From Octopus bimaculoides (Eukaryota), in NCBI RefSeq assembly GCF_001194135.2, contig NC_068992.1, forward strand, positions 51,522,607 through 51,583,170: a stretch of 60,564 bases of DNA. The letters run 5' to 3'. The notes beneath the pieces were generated by a model. It was given only the letters and a program-made list of their open reading frames with translations, was not told where the DNA came from and did no database searches. Every line of letters begins with the position of its first letter. The first letter of the stretch is position 1. The translations under genes were made by a program, and so were the position numbers. Shown piece by piece: positions 11,441-24,427 of this stretch.

Positions 11441-13067
11441 AGTATGAAGACCGGGAAAGCCCCCGGCCCATCAGGAATCACTGCAGAGATGCTCAAAATA
11501 TCTGGCAGTGTTGGCTATAGCCTAGTCACCCGTATTACGAACCAGGTGATACACGAAGGAGTCATACCCAATGACTGGTGTAGCAGCATCATAGTCAACT
11601 GCTACAAAGGTAAAGGTGACGCTTTAGATACAAATAATTACAGAGGCATCAAGCTGTTAGATCAGGTTATGAAAGTTACAGAGAGGGTCATAGCCCAACT
11701 AATTAGGGAGCGAATCAATTTAGATGAGATGCAGTTTTGGTTCGTGCCAGGTAAAAGCACTACTGATGCCTTATTTCTAGTAAGACNNNNNNNNNNNNNN
11801 NNNNNNNNNNNNNNNNNNNNNNNNNNNNNNNNNNNNNNNNNNNNNNNNNNNNNNNNNNNNNNNNNNNNNNNNNNNNNNNNNNNNNNNNNNNNNNNNNNNN
11901 NNNNNNNNNNNNNNNNNNNNNNNNNNNNNNNNNNNNNNNNNNNNNNNNNNNNNNNNNNNNNNNNNNNNNNNNNNNNNNNNNNNNNNNNNNNNNNNNNNNN
12001 NNNNNNNNNNNNNNNNNNNNNNNNNNNNNNNNNNNNNNNNNNNNNNNNNNNNNNNNNNNNNNNNNNNNNNNNNNNNNNNNNNNNNNNNNNNNNNNNNNNN
12101 NNNNNNNNNNNNNNNNNNNNNNNNNNNNNNNNNNNNNNNNNNNNNNNNNNNNNNNNNNNNGCAGAATCACTATCAGAACTAGAGGAGAAGTTTCAGGTGT
12201 GGAAGCAAGGTCTAGAATTGAAGGGCCTTAGAGTCAACCCAGCTAAAACCAAAACCCTAATAAGTAGGAAGGTAGATAAAACACAAACCCCTTCAGGTAG
12301 ATGGCCCTGCTCAGTATGTAGAAAAGGAGTATGTAGTAACACTATAAGACATACCCGGTGCAAGCTATGGACACATAAGAGGTGCAGCAACATCAAAGGT
12401 AGGTTAACTAGCAAGTTAGTTTTTGTTTGTGGCAGATGTTCAGGTGCAATAAAGACTGTAAACAAACAGGAAACAACTTCTATCTCATTCTAGGGTGAAA
12501 AACTAGAGGTAGTCGATAGCTTCCGCTATCTGGGCGACCAAGTTAGTAGTGGGGGTGGGTGCGCTGAAAGTGTAGCTGCTAGAATAAGAATAGCCTGGGC
12601 AAAGTTTAGAGAGCTCTTACCCCTGCTGGCGACAAAGGGACTCTCACTCAGAGTAAAAGGCAGACTGTATGACGCATGCGTATGAACAGCCATGCTACAT
12701 GGCAGGGAAACATGGGCTGTAACTGTTGAGGACATACGTACGCTCGCAAGGAATGAAGCCAGTATGCTCTGTTGGATGTGTAATGTCAATGTGAATACCC
12801 GTCAGAGTGTAAGTATCTTGAGAGAAAAGCTGAACATTAGAAGCATCAGTTGTGGTGTGCAAGAGAGACGATTGTGCTGGTATGGACATGTGGTGAGAAT
12901 GAATGAGGATAGCTGCGTGAAAAAGTGCCACACCCTAACAGTTGAGGGAACCCGTGGAAGAGGTAGGCCCAGGAAGACCTGGGCTGAGGTGGTGAGGCAA
13001 GACCTTCATACATTGGGCCTCACCGAGGTGATGACTACTGACCGAGACCTTTGGAAATGTGCTGTGC
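11441..13067 (+). mobile_element. RTE-clade non-LTR retrotransposon ORF2 (RT and C-terminus), 5'-truncated and pseudogenised
   Basis: KTGKAPGPSGITAEMLK, YKGKGDALDTNNYRGIKLL, QFWFVPGKSTTDALF, GLRVNPAKTK, FRYLGD, LHGRETW, RLCWYGHVVRM and RGRGRPRKTW. In-frame stops: TAG at 12491-12493 and TGA near 12683. Interrupted by the gap at 11787-12160 and ends at the gap starting 13068. Confidence 0.95.
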
Positions 13068-13827
13068 NNNNNNNNNNNNNNNNNNNNNNNNNNNNNNNNN
13101 NNNNNNNNNNNNNNNNNNNNNNNNNNNNNNNNNNNNNNNNNNNNNNNNNNNNNNNNNNNNNNNNNNNNNNNNNNNNNNNNNNNNNNNNNNNNNNNNNNNN
13201 NNNNNNNNNNNNNNNNNNNNNNNNNNNNNNNNNNNNNNNNNNNNNNNNNNNNNNNNNNNNNNNNNNNNNNNNNNNNNNNNNNNNNNNNNNNNNNNNNNNN
13301 NNNNNNNNNNNNNNNNNNNNNNNNNNNNNNNNNNNNNNNNNNNNNNNNNNNNNNNNNNNNNNNNNNNNNNNNNNNNNNNNNNNNNNNNNNNNNNNNNNNN
13401 NNNNNNNNNNNNNNNNNNNNNNNNNNNNNNNNNNNNNNNNNNNNNNNNNNNNNNNNNNNNNNNNNNNNNNNNNNNNNNNNNNNNNNNNNNNNNNNNNNNN
13501 NNNNNNNNNNNNNNNNNNNNNNNNNNNNNNNNNNNNNNNNNNNNNNNNNNNNNNNNNNNNNNNNNNNNNNNNNNNNNNNNNNNNNNNNNNNNNNNNNNNN
13601 GGTAGTCTGACCTTAGAGTCCCTCATAGCGTGAGGCATTCTTGTAAAGTAATGCCCTTATATATATATATATATATACACACATAATTTTTCCCGTCTGG
13701 CCGTAAAGCATTTTCTCGTCTACGTTTTGTTTGCAATGTCCTGTACCCAGATATGCACCTATACATACAGGTGGATGTCGGTATGCACATACCTGTACAT
13801 ATATATGCATATACTCATTTACTGTTT

Positions 13828-13879
<52 letters not shown>

Positions 13880-14884
13880 AGTTTTGTAGTTTTATGTATG
13901 TTTTTTCTTTGATTGCTGGTATGGTTTGATGTGTCTCAGCCAGTATGTTTCACAGTTTCTCCGCTTGTCATTGTACCCGTTTGATATATGAGACACCAGG
14001 GAAAGCTATCAATTATTGTTGTCATGTATTTTATATTCATTTTGTGAAATGGTATGGCTGATACTGCTAAGAGGCACTTCTTACCATGAACCACTTACAG
14101 AGAGTACTGGGTGCATTTAATCATACCATTGGCACAAAAGAGCGATTGTCTGTCAGGACTAAATAAAACAGATATGTTAATAATAATCATAATAGCTTAG
14201 CTTTCTCTGCATCTTCATTATCCAATCATGCCTCTGCGTACCCACACCATTATACTCTCATGTTTATTGCAAAATACATTTGTGACTCATAGAAAGATAT
14301 AATGATAAGTAGACAACAAGAAAATATGAAAAAAAAATGGAAATAAATATAAATAAATGTGAGCAAAACTGAAAGAGAAATTAATATTTCAAAAGTTATA
14401 TCAGTACATTAGAAGAACATAGGAATGGTTGTTGTTTTGTTGCTTTGTTACTTTTTTTTTTTTTTTTTTTTTTTTATGCTATGAAATTAAATTTTTTTGT
14501 TGTTGTTTGAGTGGTTTAAGATATTGAAATAGAAGACAAAAATTGTTGAAAAAAATTTTTTATTAATATTAAACAAAACATATTCAGGTATTTTCCTTTT
14601 AAAAGAAATAACTTTGCAGTGTATGAATTATGTATAAATTGCATTTTACTTTTTGTTTTTCTTTTTCATTTTTGCATTTTCTTTTGATTTATTTTTTTAC
14701 CTGAAACATATGCTGATTATTATTATTTATTTATTTATTTTTTAATAATTTCAATAGAAATGTTCCGCTTTCAAATTATCAAAGTCGAACGGCATTTATG
14801 AGAAGCAGCAATCATACATGCACCATAACACACACCACACATACAACACAATGCACACCACACAACAAAACCCTGTTAACATGA

Positions 14885-14963
14885 TGTTAACAACAACAAC
14901 AACAACATTAAAAATAATAATAATAATAATAATAATAATGATGATAATAATAATAACAATAAC

Positions 14964-14995
<32 letters not shown>

Positions 14996-15001
14996 TAACA
15001 A

Positions 15002-15050
<49 letters not shown>
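14885..15050. repeat. (AAC)n/(AAT)n microsatellite
   Basis: Directly visible. Confidence 0.95.
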
Positions 15051-15446
15051 CCTTTCTTCATTCTTGCTTCATGGAGGATGAACAAAAGGATGTTAGAGGG
15101 ACAAATTACAAAGATGGTTTGTTGAAGGCAGTCACAGAATCAATTATTAGGAAAACAAATACACCAAACAACAGTCTAAATTCAAAAGGGAAAATGACAA
15201 ACAACAAGGATGACTTAATAACAAGGACAACCAATTGAGGCCAACAAGGAGATCCTACTAATCCTGGATTATCTGCACTGTTCAAAAGCAAGTGCCTTCC
15301 TCAAGCAATATTCTCTGACCTACAAGTTCATATTAAGTGCAAAGCCTTATCCCTTTTGCTATACATAGGGATGGTCATCTTTTTCCAATTAAACATGTAC
15401 TATCTATTTAATTTTCACTTTATTATTATTAGTATTATTGGTGGCA

Positions 15447-15830
15447 GTGGAGGCACAATGGCCCAGTGGTTAGGGCAGCGGACTCACGGTCATAGGATTG
15501 CGGTTTCGATTCCCAGACCGGGCGTTGTGAGTGTTTATTGAGCGAAAACACCTAAAGCTCCACGAGGCTCTGGCAGGGGATGGTGGCGAACCCTGCTGTA
15601 CTCTTTCACCACAATTTTCTCTCACTCTTACTTCCTGTTTCTGTTGTACCTGTAAATCAAAGGGTCAGCTTTGTCACACTGTGTCACGCTGAATATCCCC
15701 AAGAACTACGTTAAGGGTACACGTGTCTGTGGAGTGCTCAGCCACTTGCACGTTAATTTCACAAGCAGGCTGTTCAGTTGATCGGATCAACTGGAACCCT
15801 CAACGTCGTAAGTGGTGGAGTGCCGACACA
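15447..15830 (+). mobile_element. tRNA-derived SINE family A, near full length
   Basis: About 385 bp, colinear with 44897-45273 (+) and 39295-39678 (-). Confidence 0.92.
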
Positions 15831-15833
15831 TAT

Positions 15834-16049
15834 TGGTGGCAAGCTAGGAGAATCGTTACTGTGCTGGACAAACTGCTCAGTGGCATTTCGTCTGTCTTTA
15901 CATTCTGAGTTCAAATTCTACTGAGGGTGACTTTACCTTTCATCCTTTTGGGGTCAATAAAAATAAGTACCGGTTGATCAATGGGGGTCAATGCAATCGA
16001 CTTACCTCCTCCCACCAAAATTACTGGGCTTGTGCCAAAATTTGAAACC
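15834..16049 (+). mobile_element. tRNA-derived SINE family D (Meta-domain-like)
   Basis: GAGTTCAAATTC B box followed by GTGACTTTACCTTTCATCCTTTTGGGGTCAATAAAAATAAGTACC, which resembles the MetaSINE central domain. The 3' variant ends CTTGTGCCAAAATTTGAAACC. Confidence 0.8.
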
Positions 16050-16051
16050 AT

Positions 16052-16334
16052 AATTATTGTTATTATTATTATTTATTTTTATCACAGGTTTGTTAGAGTT
16101 CCTGGAGTCTTACACGAGTAGCAGGCTTGCTACCTGCAGCTTACGGTACCATGCTATCCATTCTTTTCAGCTATCTAATACTTTCCTGATTATTCTGGCC
16201 ATTCCAAGGAGGCAAAGCTTTTCAAACAGTTCCACTGGGTACTCTATTCCAATTCCTTTTATATTCCCCTTGATGCCTTCTGATACTGTCCCCAAGGTCC
16301 TAACAATAATTGGTACTATCTTCACCTTCTTCAT
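16052..16334 (-). mobile_element. Dong/R4-type (restriction-like endonuclease) LINE 3' end
   Basis: Minus strand 16334-16167 reads MKKVKIVPIIVRTLGTVSEGIKGNIKGIGIEYPVELFEKLCLLGMARIIRKVLDS*. This matches the RLE-LINE C-terminal pattern VxxVPxxxGxLG...xxLxxxxIxRxxL. A short 3' UTR and an (AAT)n-like tail follow. Confidence 0.75.
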
Positions 16335-16697
16335 TTTCGTACTTATGTACGAAATGGCCTGGCTATGAAAACAGATATTTTCGGTAAGAAAATGTTAATT
16401 TCGAAACTAGTTTACAGATAACTATGTATTTATGTAATTTTCACTTGTGTAACCCAAATACATTTTTGTTACTTCGCTAAATTTCCTTTGAAAACAACTC
16501 GATCTTAGTAGACACATTACATGTGATCTTCTTCTAGCACTTTAACAGTTCAACTAGTGGTCTCCTTTTTATATATACATGTACAATAATCCTCTGAGAT
16601 CTCAGATTTTTTTTCTGAAACTCCTTGATTCTTTTAATGTGCTTGTTCCCTGGTATTAAATGGATATTAATTAATATCCAATTTTTTACCCTACTTC

Positions 16698-16751
<54 letters not shown>

Positions 16752-17156
16752 ATATCAAATAAGCAAACAGCAAAATTAACGGTAACAAACAGCAAGAGGA
16801 TGTGCACAAGGAATGTATTAGTTTGATGCTCAGTGAGAGGGGAGAGATTTTGATGTTTTGAGTAAAGGAGAAAGGGAAAAGTCCAAAGAAGAAAAAAAGA
16901 AATAAAAAATCACCAATAGCACGTCTGTAGTTACAATGTATATGTACATCTTGATAGTTGGCTACATCCAGTTTCCACCTACCAAATCTACACTTGCAAG
17001 GGGCAATCATAGAAGACAATCAACCAAGGTGCCTTGTAGTAGGATTGAACTTAAAAAACAAGCAAGCTTCCTAACCACACAGCTATGCCTTCACCAATAA
17101 TAACAGTGACAATGCTGCCGCTGCCACTGATGGTGATGATGATGATAATACAAAAT

Positions 17157-17188
<32 letters not shown>

Positions 17189-17637
17189 TACCATCGTTGT
17201 CTTAATAACTATGAAGTGTAAGGCAGGAAGCTTTTATCACTCAATTGCAAGTGAGGATGTTCGTGTATCTGGTTCCAGTGTAGATAGCATCCACAGCAAA
17301 ACAGGAGGAATAATTAAGCTGAGTTTGAAGAGGAAACTTGATATGCATTTCGTTTCATAAAGTAATTTTTCTAAAAAAATTTAATTTGCATTTTTACATT
17401 TATTCAATGATTAGAATCTCTTTTAAAGAACTCTGTTGAAACAATATGTGTATATATGTATGTATATGTTTGTGTGTATGTTCTTGTGTGAATGCATTTC
17501 CTTGAATATTCCTGTGCATTCATGTATGAGTATATCTACGTATAGATGTATAAATTAATATAGATATATATTATAGTATTAAGTATATATAAATATAATA
17601 TAAATACACATACATACATGCATATATATGTGTATAA

Positions 17638-17674
<37 letters not shown>

Positions 17675-17725
17675 TGTATGTATTTATCTCTCTCTCACTA
17701 CAGACATACACATGTACAAACATAC

Positions 17726-17773
<48 letters not shown>

Positions 17774-18150
17774 GTATATGAACTTATGTACATATCTGTG
17801 TGTGCAAGTGTGTGAGTATTTATGCACCCCACTATATTGCAATGCATATTGATTTGTGTATTAAGATAGATGTCTATAGACACACATAGATAATATTACT
17901 TTGGCATCAATCAGAAATATTTCATTCACAGCAACAGTTCTTCAATGCACATATGAACTTACATTTATGCATATTCATTTGTACAGTGTACATATGCATA
18001 CACATAGACTGCATGCACACTTGCGTATATACTCAATGACAGCTTGCATATGTGCATACAACCAAAGATACACAATAATGTACATGTATTCACACACAGA
18101 CACAAATACAATTATTCACATATGCAATCATATTTTCTCTTTTATACACA

Positions 18151-18191
<41 letters not shown>

Positions 18192-19224
18192 GTAAATATA
18201 CATTTATACACATGTACACGTAAATGGGGAAAAAAGCTACCTTCTGTTTATGAATAAATAAAATCCATACAATTTCCATAGACACAATAAACTAAATATA
18301 TTTTAGATTATATATTTTTGCGTTCCTGCAACAACAACAAAAGAAACAATAACAGCAATAATGATAATAATAACAACAACAATAGCAACAACATAAGAAA
18401 CAATAATTACTGTATTTACGAAATCCCAATGTAAATGCTGTGATGTTGAAAGAAGATATGTAATAAATGATGTCAAGTTGTTTCATTGGTTGTTTTGTTT
18501 TGTGCTTGTGTTATGTCTCTTCCTTATATATTGATTGAAACATTTACATGAGAAATGTTAGCCTGAAAAATTCGCTTCCACTTTAAAATGTATATCTTGA
18601 TAATTTCTTTCTCAAATGAATTGAAAGTTTATATGCTGATATAACAATGGTTAAAAAAGAAAAAAAAGTTATAGCAAAAATAGAAACAAACAAACAAATA
18701 AAAGTGCCCGTCCACCCTGCCCTTCCACCATACAAAACATGAAAAACGAAAAACTAAATTGCAATAGTAAAAAAAATAAGAAAAAGCAAAATATGCGTAA
18801 AAGCATTTGATGTGTTTTGTCTTATAAGTTGAGAAATCTTTCTTCTCACTGCAAAATAAAACAATTAATAGGAATATATGCATATGCCAGTGCAATCTCA
18901 TATATGTGTGTGTGTGTGTCTATATATATATACATATGTATATGTATGTGAGTGTATGTATGTGTATGTATGTTGGTATATATGCATAGATGTATGTATA
19001 TGTGTATGTATATATCTACATACACAGGCCTACACATAATTGTATGGTTGTTTTATGTATATATATATTTTGTTCATTCAGTTTTTGGTTTGTTTTCTAT
19101 GCTAGCATAGAGAAATATATTATTGCAGCATTGTTTAACTGTGAGGTGCCTTTCCTATTGCTAACCCTTACTTGTTTTTCAGGTGAGGGATCATTTATTT
19201 CATATTCTTCAATGTGAGAATTTA

Positions 19225-19362
19225 CTCTCTTTTCCTCTTTTACTCTTTTACTTGTTTCAGTCATTTGACTGCGGCCATGCTGGAGCACCAACTTTAGTCG
19301 AGAAAATCAACCCCAGGACTTATTCTTTGTAAGCCTTGTACTTATTCTATCAGTCTCTTTTA
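19225..19362 (-). mobile_element. SINE family B 3' end
   Basis: Reverse complement of AGTCCTGGGGTTGA...GTGCTCCAGCATGGCCGCAGTCAAATGACTGAAACAAGTAAAAGAG. Confidence 0.85.
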
Positions 19363-19726
19363 TTAAGATAAAATAAAAATACATAGATACAAGATACAAG
19401 AAATCAAAATAAAGATTCAAATAAATATAAATATAGATATCTTTTAATTTAAACTTGTTTCAGTCTTTACACTGCAGCCATGCTGGGGCACTGCCTTGAA
19501 GAATGCTTAGTTGAATGAACCAGTTCCAGTACATGAATAAGGGCCAGTCTTTTTGATAGCATCCACATTGTACCTATGAACAAAATTATACTCACAATAG
19601 TTTGGCCATCATGAGGCTATGACAAAAGACTCATGTCCAAGCTGGAGCAAAGTTGTGAGCTTCTTAACCCTTAAAATGATGGAGTTGTGGAATTCTTTAC
19701 ATATTACCTTATTCTGAATACCTTAA

Positions 19727-19941
19727 TCCTTTACCATTTAAACTGGCTGTATCTGGCCCAAATTTTCTGCCCGTTCTGTGTTCAAACCAGATCAGGCTTC
19801 TCACACTAACCTACAATGTTGTTATAAAAATAAGCAATCATGTGATCAAAATCTTAAAGTGACAATATAACATATGATTATTTTAAAACAATGGGAATAA
19901 ATAAGTATTACATTTGACAGAGTAATCTGAATGATAAAGGG
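19727..19941. mobile_element. piggyBac-like MITE (type 1)
   Basis: TTAA at 19723-19726. Left end TCCTTTACCATT; right end reverse-complements to CCCTTTATCATT. TTAA follows at 19943-19946. A partial right end recurs at about 52610-52707. Confidence 0.6.
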
Positions 19942-19946
19942 TTTAA

Positions 19947-20168
19947 CCCTTTCGATACCAACCCACCTGAAACGACCTCTGGCTCTGTAGTACAAATGTC
20001 TTGTTTTCAAAAGTTCTGAATTAAAATCTTCCACCAAATATTAGTCACAATCTATGTTCCAAACACTAGCTTAATGATTACTAAGTTATTTTACTAAATT
20101 CTTTGTTATATTTAAAATTAATTGAAAGAAACACAGAGCATTTCAACAGAAATATGGTAACAAAAAGG
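19947..20168. mobile_element. piggyBac-like MITE (type 2)
   Basis: TTAA|CCCTTTCGATACCA ... TGGTAACAAAAAGG|TTAA. A reverse-orientation homologue lies at 54727-54948. Confidence 0.7.
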
Positions 20169-21136
20169 TTAAGTCTTCCTTCCTTATGTTGTATGTGTAT
20201 TTTCATGTAACTCTTTATTTCTTTTCCTTGAGTATTTTTCGACCTCTGCATTCGATTGTTCAACAGTTGAAAAGTATTGTATTCTAAGCACATGACTAAC
20301 CTGTTTCTTCGCAAACATTAATCTTTTTCACACTTCAACTCAATTTCTCAAGACTTTCTTTTCCCTCACTAAATATACAGTTCACTTCTGAGATTCTAAT
20401 GACAGGTAAAGAAAGACAAACAAAAAAAAAAAAACACCCTCTCTTCCTCGCTCTTGCAATATCAAAATAAAATTAATTCACTTCCTTTTATTTAAATTAA
20501 TAGATTAATTAAACATCCACCTTTACTTTGATACCATTCATTTCCTCATCCCCGTAAATTGCTTAATGAAAATAGTAATTTTCATTTTTGTGGAATCAAA
20601 CGACATTATGTAATAAGTTACAGTCGTCATTGTCATGATCACTACCCCCCCCCACCACCACCACCAGCAACACCACCGTTATCACTGTTTTACGTCCACT
20701 TTCTTTTTTGGCTTAGATCTTCAGAGGCAGTGCTTTATTACCAGATGTTATTTCTGTCATCAGTTATTTACAAGAATAGGAAGCTATTTTAAGTTCCTAA
20801 GCATTTCAGAATGGACTGCTTAACCACCAGTGCTTTCTTGTGCACTCTTTTGATTTCCCTCTTCAGAAAAAACAAAACAACAAACATGCTATAACTAATT
20901 CCAATGTCACTATGGTCGTAGTTGTCAAGCAGACCACGAACATCACCCTTGAAGGCAAGTCTCTGAGAGAATGGTCATATCTACGTTGCATCCCACCAGT
21001 TCTCATGTGACATTTTTTAAAAGATGTACAGCCGTTCTTTGTCATGAAGCAGATTATGCACACTCCCAACACAAAATATTTTTTACTCCAACCAGATTTT
21101 CTGCACCATATTTCTTTCTATGTGTACATAATACAA

Positions 21137-21300
21137 GAAGGCATGGCTGTGTGATAAGAAGCTTGCTTCCCAATCACATGGGTTTGGGTTCAGTCCTACT
21201 GTGCAGCACCTTGGGCAAGTGTTTTCTGTCATACTATAGCCTTAGGCCGACCAAAGCCTTGTGAATGATTTGATAGATGGAAACTGAAACAAGCCCATCG

Positions 21301-21348
<48 letters not shown>

Positions 21349-21551
21349 TGTAACTTTGTGTCTGTGTTTGTCCTCCCATCACTGCTTGACAACCGATGTT
21401 AGTGTGTTTACATCCCCATAAAATAGACGGACAGAATAAGTACAAGGCTTACAAAGAATAAGTCCTAGGGACAATTTCTTCGACTAAAATCCTTTAAGGT
21501 AGTGCTCCAGCATGGCCACGGTGAAATGACAGAAACAATTAAAGGAATGAA
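21137..21551 (+). mobile_element. SINE family B, full length with internal TA microsatellite
   Basis: Head GGCATGGCTGTGTGATAAGAAGC through the tail GAAACAATTAAAGG. Confidence 0.9.
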
Positions 21552-22313
21552 AGACTAATGGATGACTCCCAATTGCCAGATAACACTAGAGATCAACTTT
21601 TAATTCATGCTTTCCAGAATATTCTTGGTCCCTGGATGACTGGTTGTTTCCTTAAATGAGGCTACCCTAATGCTCATGTAAGATACAAAATCCTAACATT
21701 CTCGTGGTTGATTAAAAGGCAGGTAGGTGGTTAAATGCTTCCAGCCTTTCAGGTTTCTATGTATTGCTACATTCCCATTATTGCATCACTTTGAAAGAAA
21801 ACAAAAAAAAGCCCAGCTTACTCATCAATTTCATTTCATTTAGTTTTACGCATCTGCAAAATTTTAGATCCTATAATGGCTTACAATGCACCTCATAGAC
21901 TCTTCACATGCTATTGGCATGCTATATGTATGCTGTAACTGCGCTTGTGTGTGATTGTGTGATTGTGTGATTCCAAGTTGCTTTATAATTCAAGTACTGT
22001 AAGCCTGTTGGGGATATTATGTTATGAATAGTAATAGAACAATTGGAACCCAAAAATAAATAAGTTATTAGACTTCAACCATCAGGCTCAAAGATTGATG
22101 CTGAATGAAGGAAGCAGGAATAAGATGCTACTGAATTCAACAAGTAACATTTGCTTGTAAAAGAAGAAGAATTCTACGGATTTGAATGAGCTTATCCAAC
22201 ACTTATTTGCTAAGCTACCTGAAGGCAATAATTAACATGTTTCATACTTCACTTGACGTATGCGTGCATAAATAAATAAATATGCATGTGTGTGTACATA
22301 CATAGATACATAG

Positions 22314-22350
<37 letters not shown>

Positions 22351-22399
22351 ATCGACAACTCTATAAACACGCAGACCTTCAGCCTGTAGCCATTAGGTC

Positions 22400-22547
22400 G
22401 TCCCATAAATAATGTGTTCAAAAACAAAATGGGAATTTTGAAAGAAGTTTTTATAAAACTAGTTTTTAAGCATCAAATGGCTGTGGGAGTCCACTAGAAT
22501 AAAATGATTTTTCAAAAGGATCCATAGATTATAATGTTTGAGAACTC
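22400..22547 (+). mobile_element. Possible hAT (Charlie-like) MITE right end
   Basis: GGAGTCCACTAG...GGATCCATAG...TGTTTGAGAACTC resembles hAT termini of the GGTTGAGAACCACTG type. A similar end occurs at about 26055-26102 (GAGTCCGTAGATGAAAAATGGTTGAGAAACAC). Confidence 0.3.
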
Positions 22548-22710
22548 TCGGAGTGATTGGCGTTAGGAAGGGCATCCAGCTGTAGAAACTCTGCCAAATC
22601 AGATTGTAGCCTGGTGTAACCACCTGGTTTCACAGTCCCCAGTCAAATCGTCCAACCCATGCTAGCATGGAAAGCGGACGTTAAACGATGATGATGATGA
22701 TGATGACGAT
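22548..22710 (+). mobile_element. RTE-type 3' end (family C) with (GAT)n tail
   Basis: GATTGGCGTTAGGAAGGGCATCCAGCTGTAGAAAC...GCATGGAAAGCGGACGTTAAACGATGATGAT. Confidence 0.85.
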
Positions 22711-23130
22711 GTGTATTTTAGCACATTTACACATGAACACATTGATACAATAATAACACAGTCACACACACACGCAGACGCATTGTATGTCAACACCAAA
22801 CACACTATAATTACACACACGTACACAAAGACATCATTGCACGTTGGCACTCAAGCACGTACACACAAATATAATCAACAGCAATCTTAATTAAGATATA
22901 ATTACAAAATTACTGCGAAATGGGTTTTGATTTGATTTTAACAGCTGGTGATATTGGTAATGGGGAATGGTGAGGCAACAGTGGTGGTGGTGAGGAATTA
23001 CACACACTCTCCCTGTCACTCTCTCTCTCTTTTGCACACACATACTCACACATTCTCTCTCTCTTTCTCACAGAAACACACACGCTCGTATGCACACACA
23101 CATACACACACACTCACATTCTCTCTCCCT

Positions 23131-23162
<32 letters not shown>

Positions 23163-23184
23163 TGTGCATACATCCAGGTATGGA

Positions 23185-23455
23185 CAAAGATCCTTGTCTC
23201 ACAGGCTTGTGGTTGGCTGTGCCATATAAAAAGCACCCCTTTCAGTGTTGCATAAAAGCACCCCTTTCTGGGTATCATATATGAAGCATCTGCAACTGTG
23301 CCACTTATAAAGCACCCTTGCTCAGGCCAGGCACCCAGGGGGCACTGAGCCATAGAAATCATGCCAAGATAAGCAAGGAGCCTGGGCAGTTTTTCAGCCG
23401 GCCAATGCCTGTCAAACCATCCAACCCATGCCAGCATGGAAAGCGGACGTTAAAC

Positions 23456-23482
<27 letters not shown>
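23185..23482 (+). mobile_element. RTE-type 3' end (family C variant) with (GAT)n tail
   Basis: Repeated TAAAAGCACCC units followed by CCAACCCATGCCAGCATGGAAAGCGGACGTTAAACGATGAT. Confidence 0.8.
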
Positions 23483-23486
<4 letters not shown>

Positions 23487-24427
23487 TATGTATTTGTCCT
23501 CCCAACATTGCTTGACAGCCGATGTTGGCGTGTTTATGTCCCTGTAAGCTAGCAGTTCGGCAAAAGAGACTGATATAGTAAGTACTGGGGTTGACCTTTT
23601 TTTTTTTTTTACTAAAGGCGATGCTCCAGCATGGCCAGTCAAGTGGCTNNNNNNNNNNACAAAAAATGGAAAAAAGAATGTAACAAGCAACAACAAAACA
23701 TCCGGACAGTTAGACAATATAAAAAAGGATAGGAAAGAACAAGGATGGGGTCATTTGGAGCTTCCTATCCTCAGTCGAGTTCCAGGGTTATTTAGAATAT
23801 ATAAAGGACAATATTGTTCATTCAATAAGGAATCATATTCCACCAACAAAAAATATGAGGTGTAATTGAACACCAAAAAGCACACAAAACTATTATTAGC
23901 CCGTTTTAAAAATGCCAGTTGCTGCTACTGCTACCAAATCTTTACAGACATAAGATGAGGTCTTTCATGAAGAATCCTTTTTATACCCACTACTTCCATA
24001 TAGTACTCACTCCATATCTACTATTACATTAGCTTTTTAATGTTCCAAACATTAATATGTTTTCACCTACTTAACTATTAGATATCAGTCTTGTATTATA
24101 GGATAGGGTGGATGGAAGGAAACAAAATAATTAATGAAAACTCTTTACTACATTTCATCACAATAATGTTAGCTCATGCCTATATAAGAGACCAGTTTTT
24201 CCTATTTTGATATCCCTATCTGTCAGGCAAGGTTTATTTATTATTCAAATACAATTCTTATCTTTGAAATTGTGATGAAAATAGAGAAATATTTCAGTTA
24301 TGACCAAAAAATGATAGTTTCCTTGTCACTATTGTACAGAGTGTCATTTTATCATCTGCTCTTTTTATGAGGATTCTGCAAGACAAAGAACTTACTACCC
24401 TAACATGGCATAACTTTTGTTTATATA

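Noticed and set aside
10979-12493. 504-aa ORF, the longest in the track, as a host gene
   Set aside because: It is a chance fusion of (GGT)n/(CAT)n microsatellite translation with a truncated RTE RT, read through an N gap.
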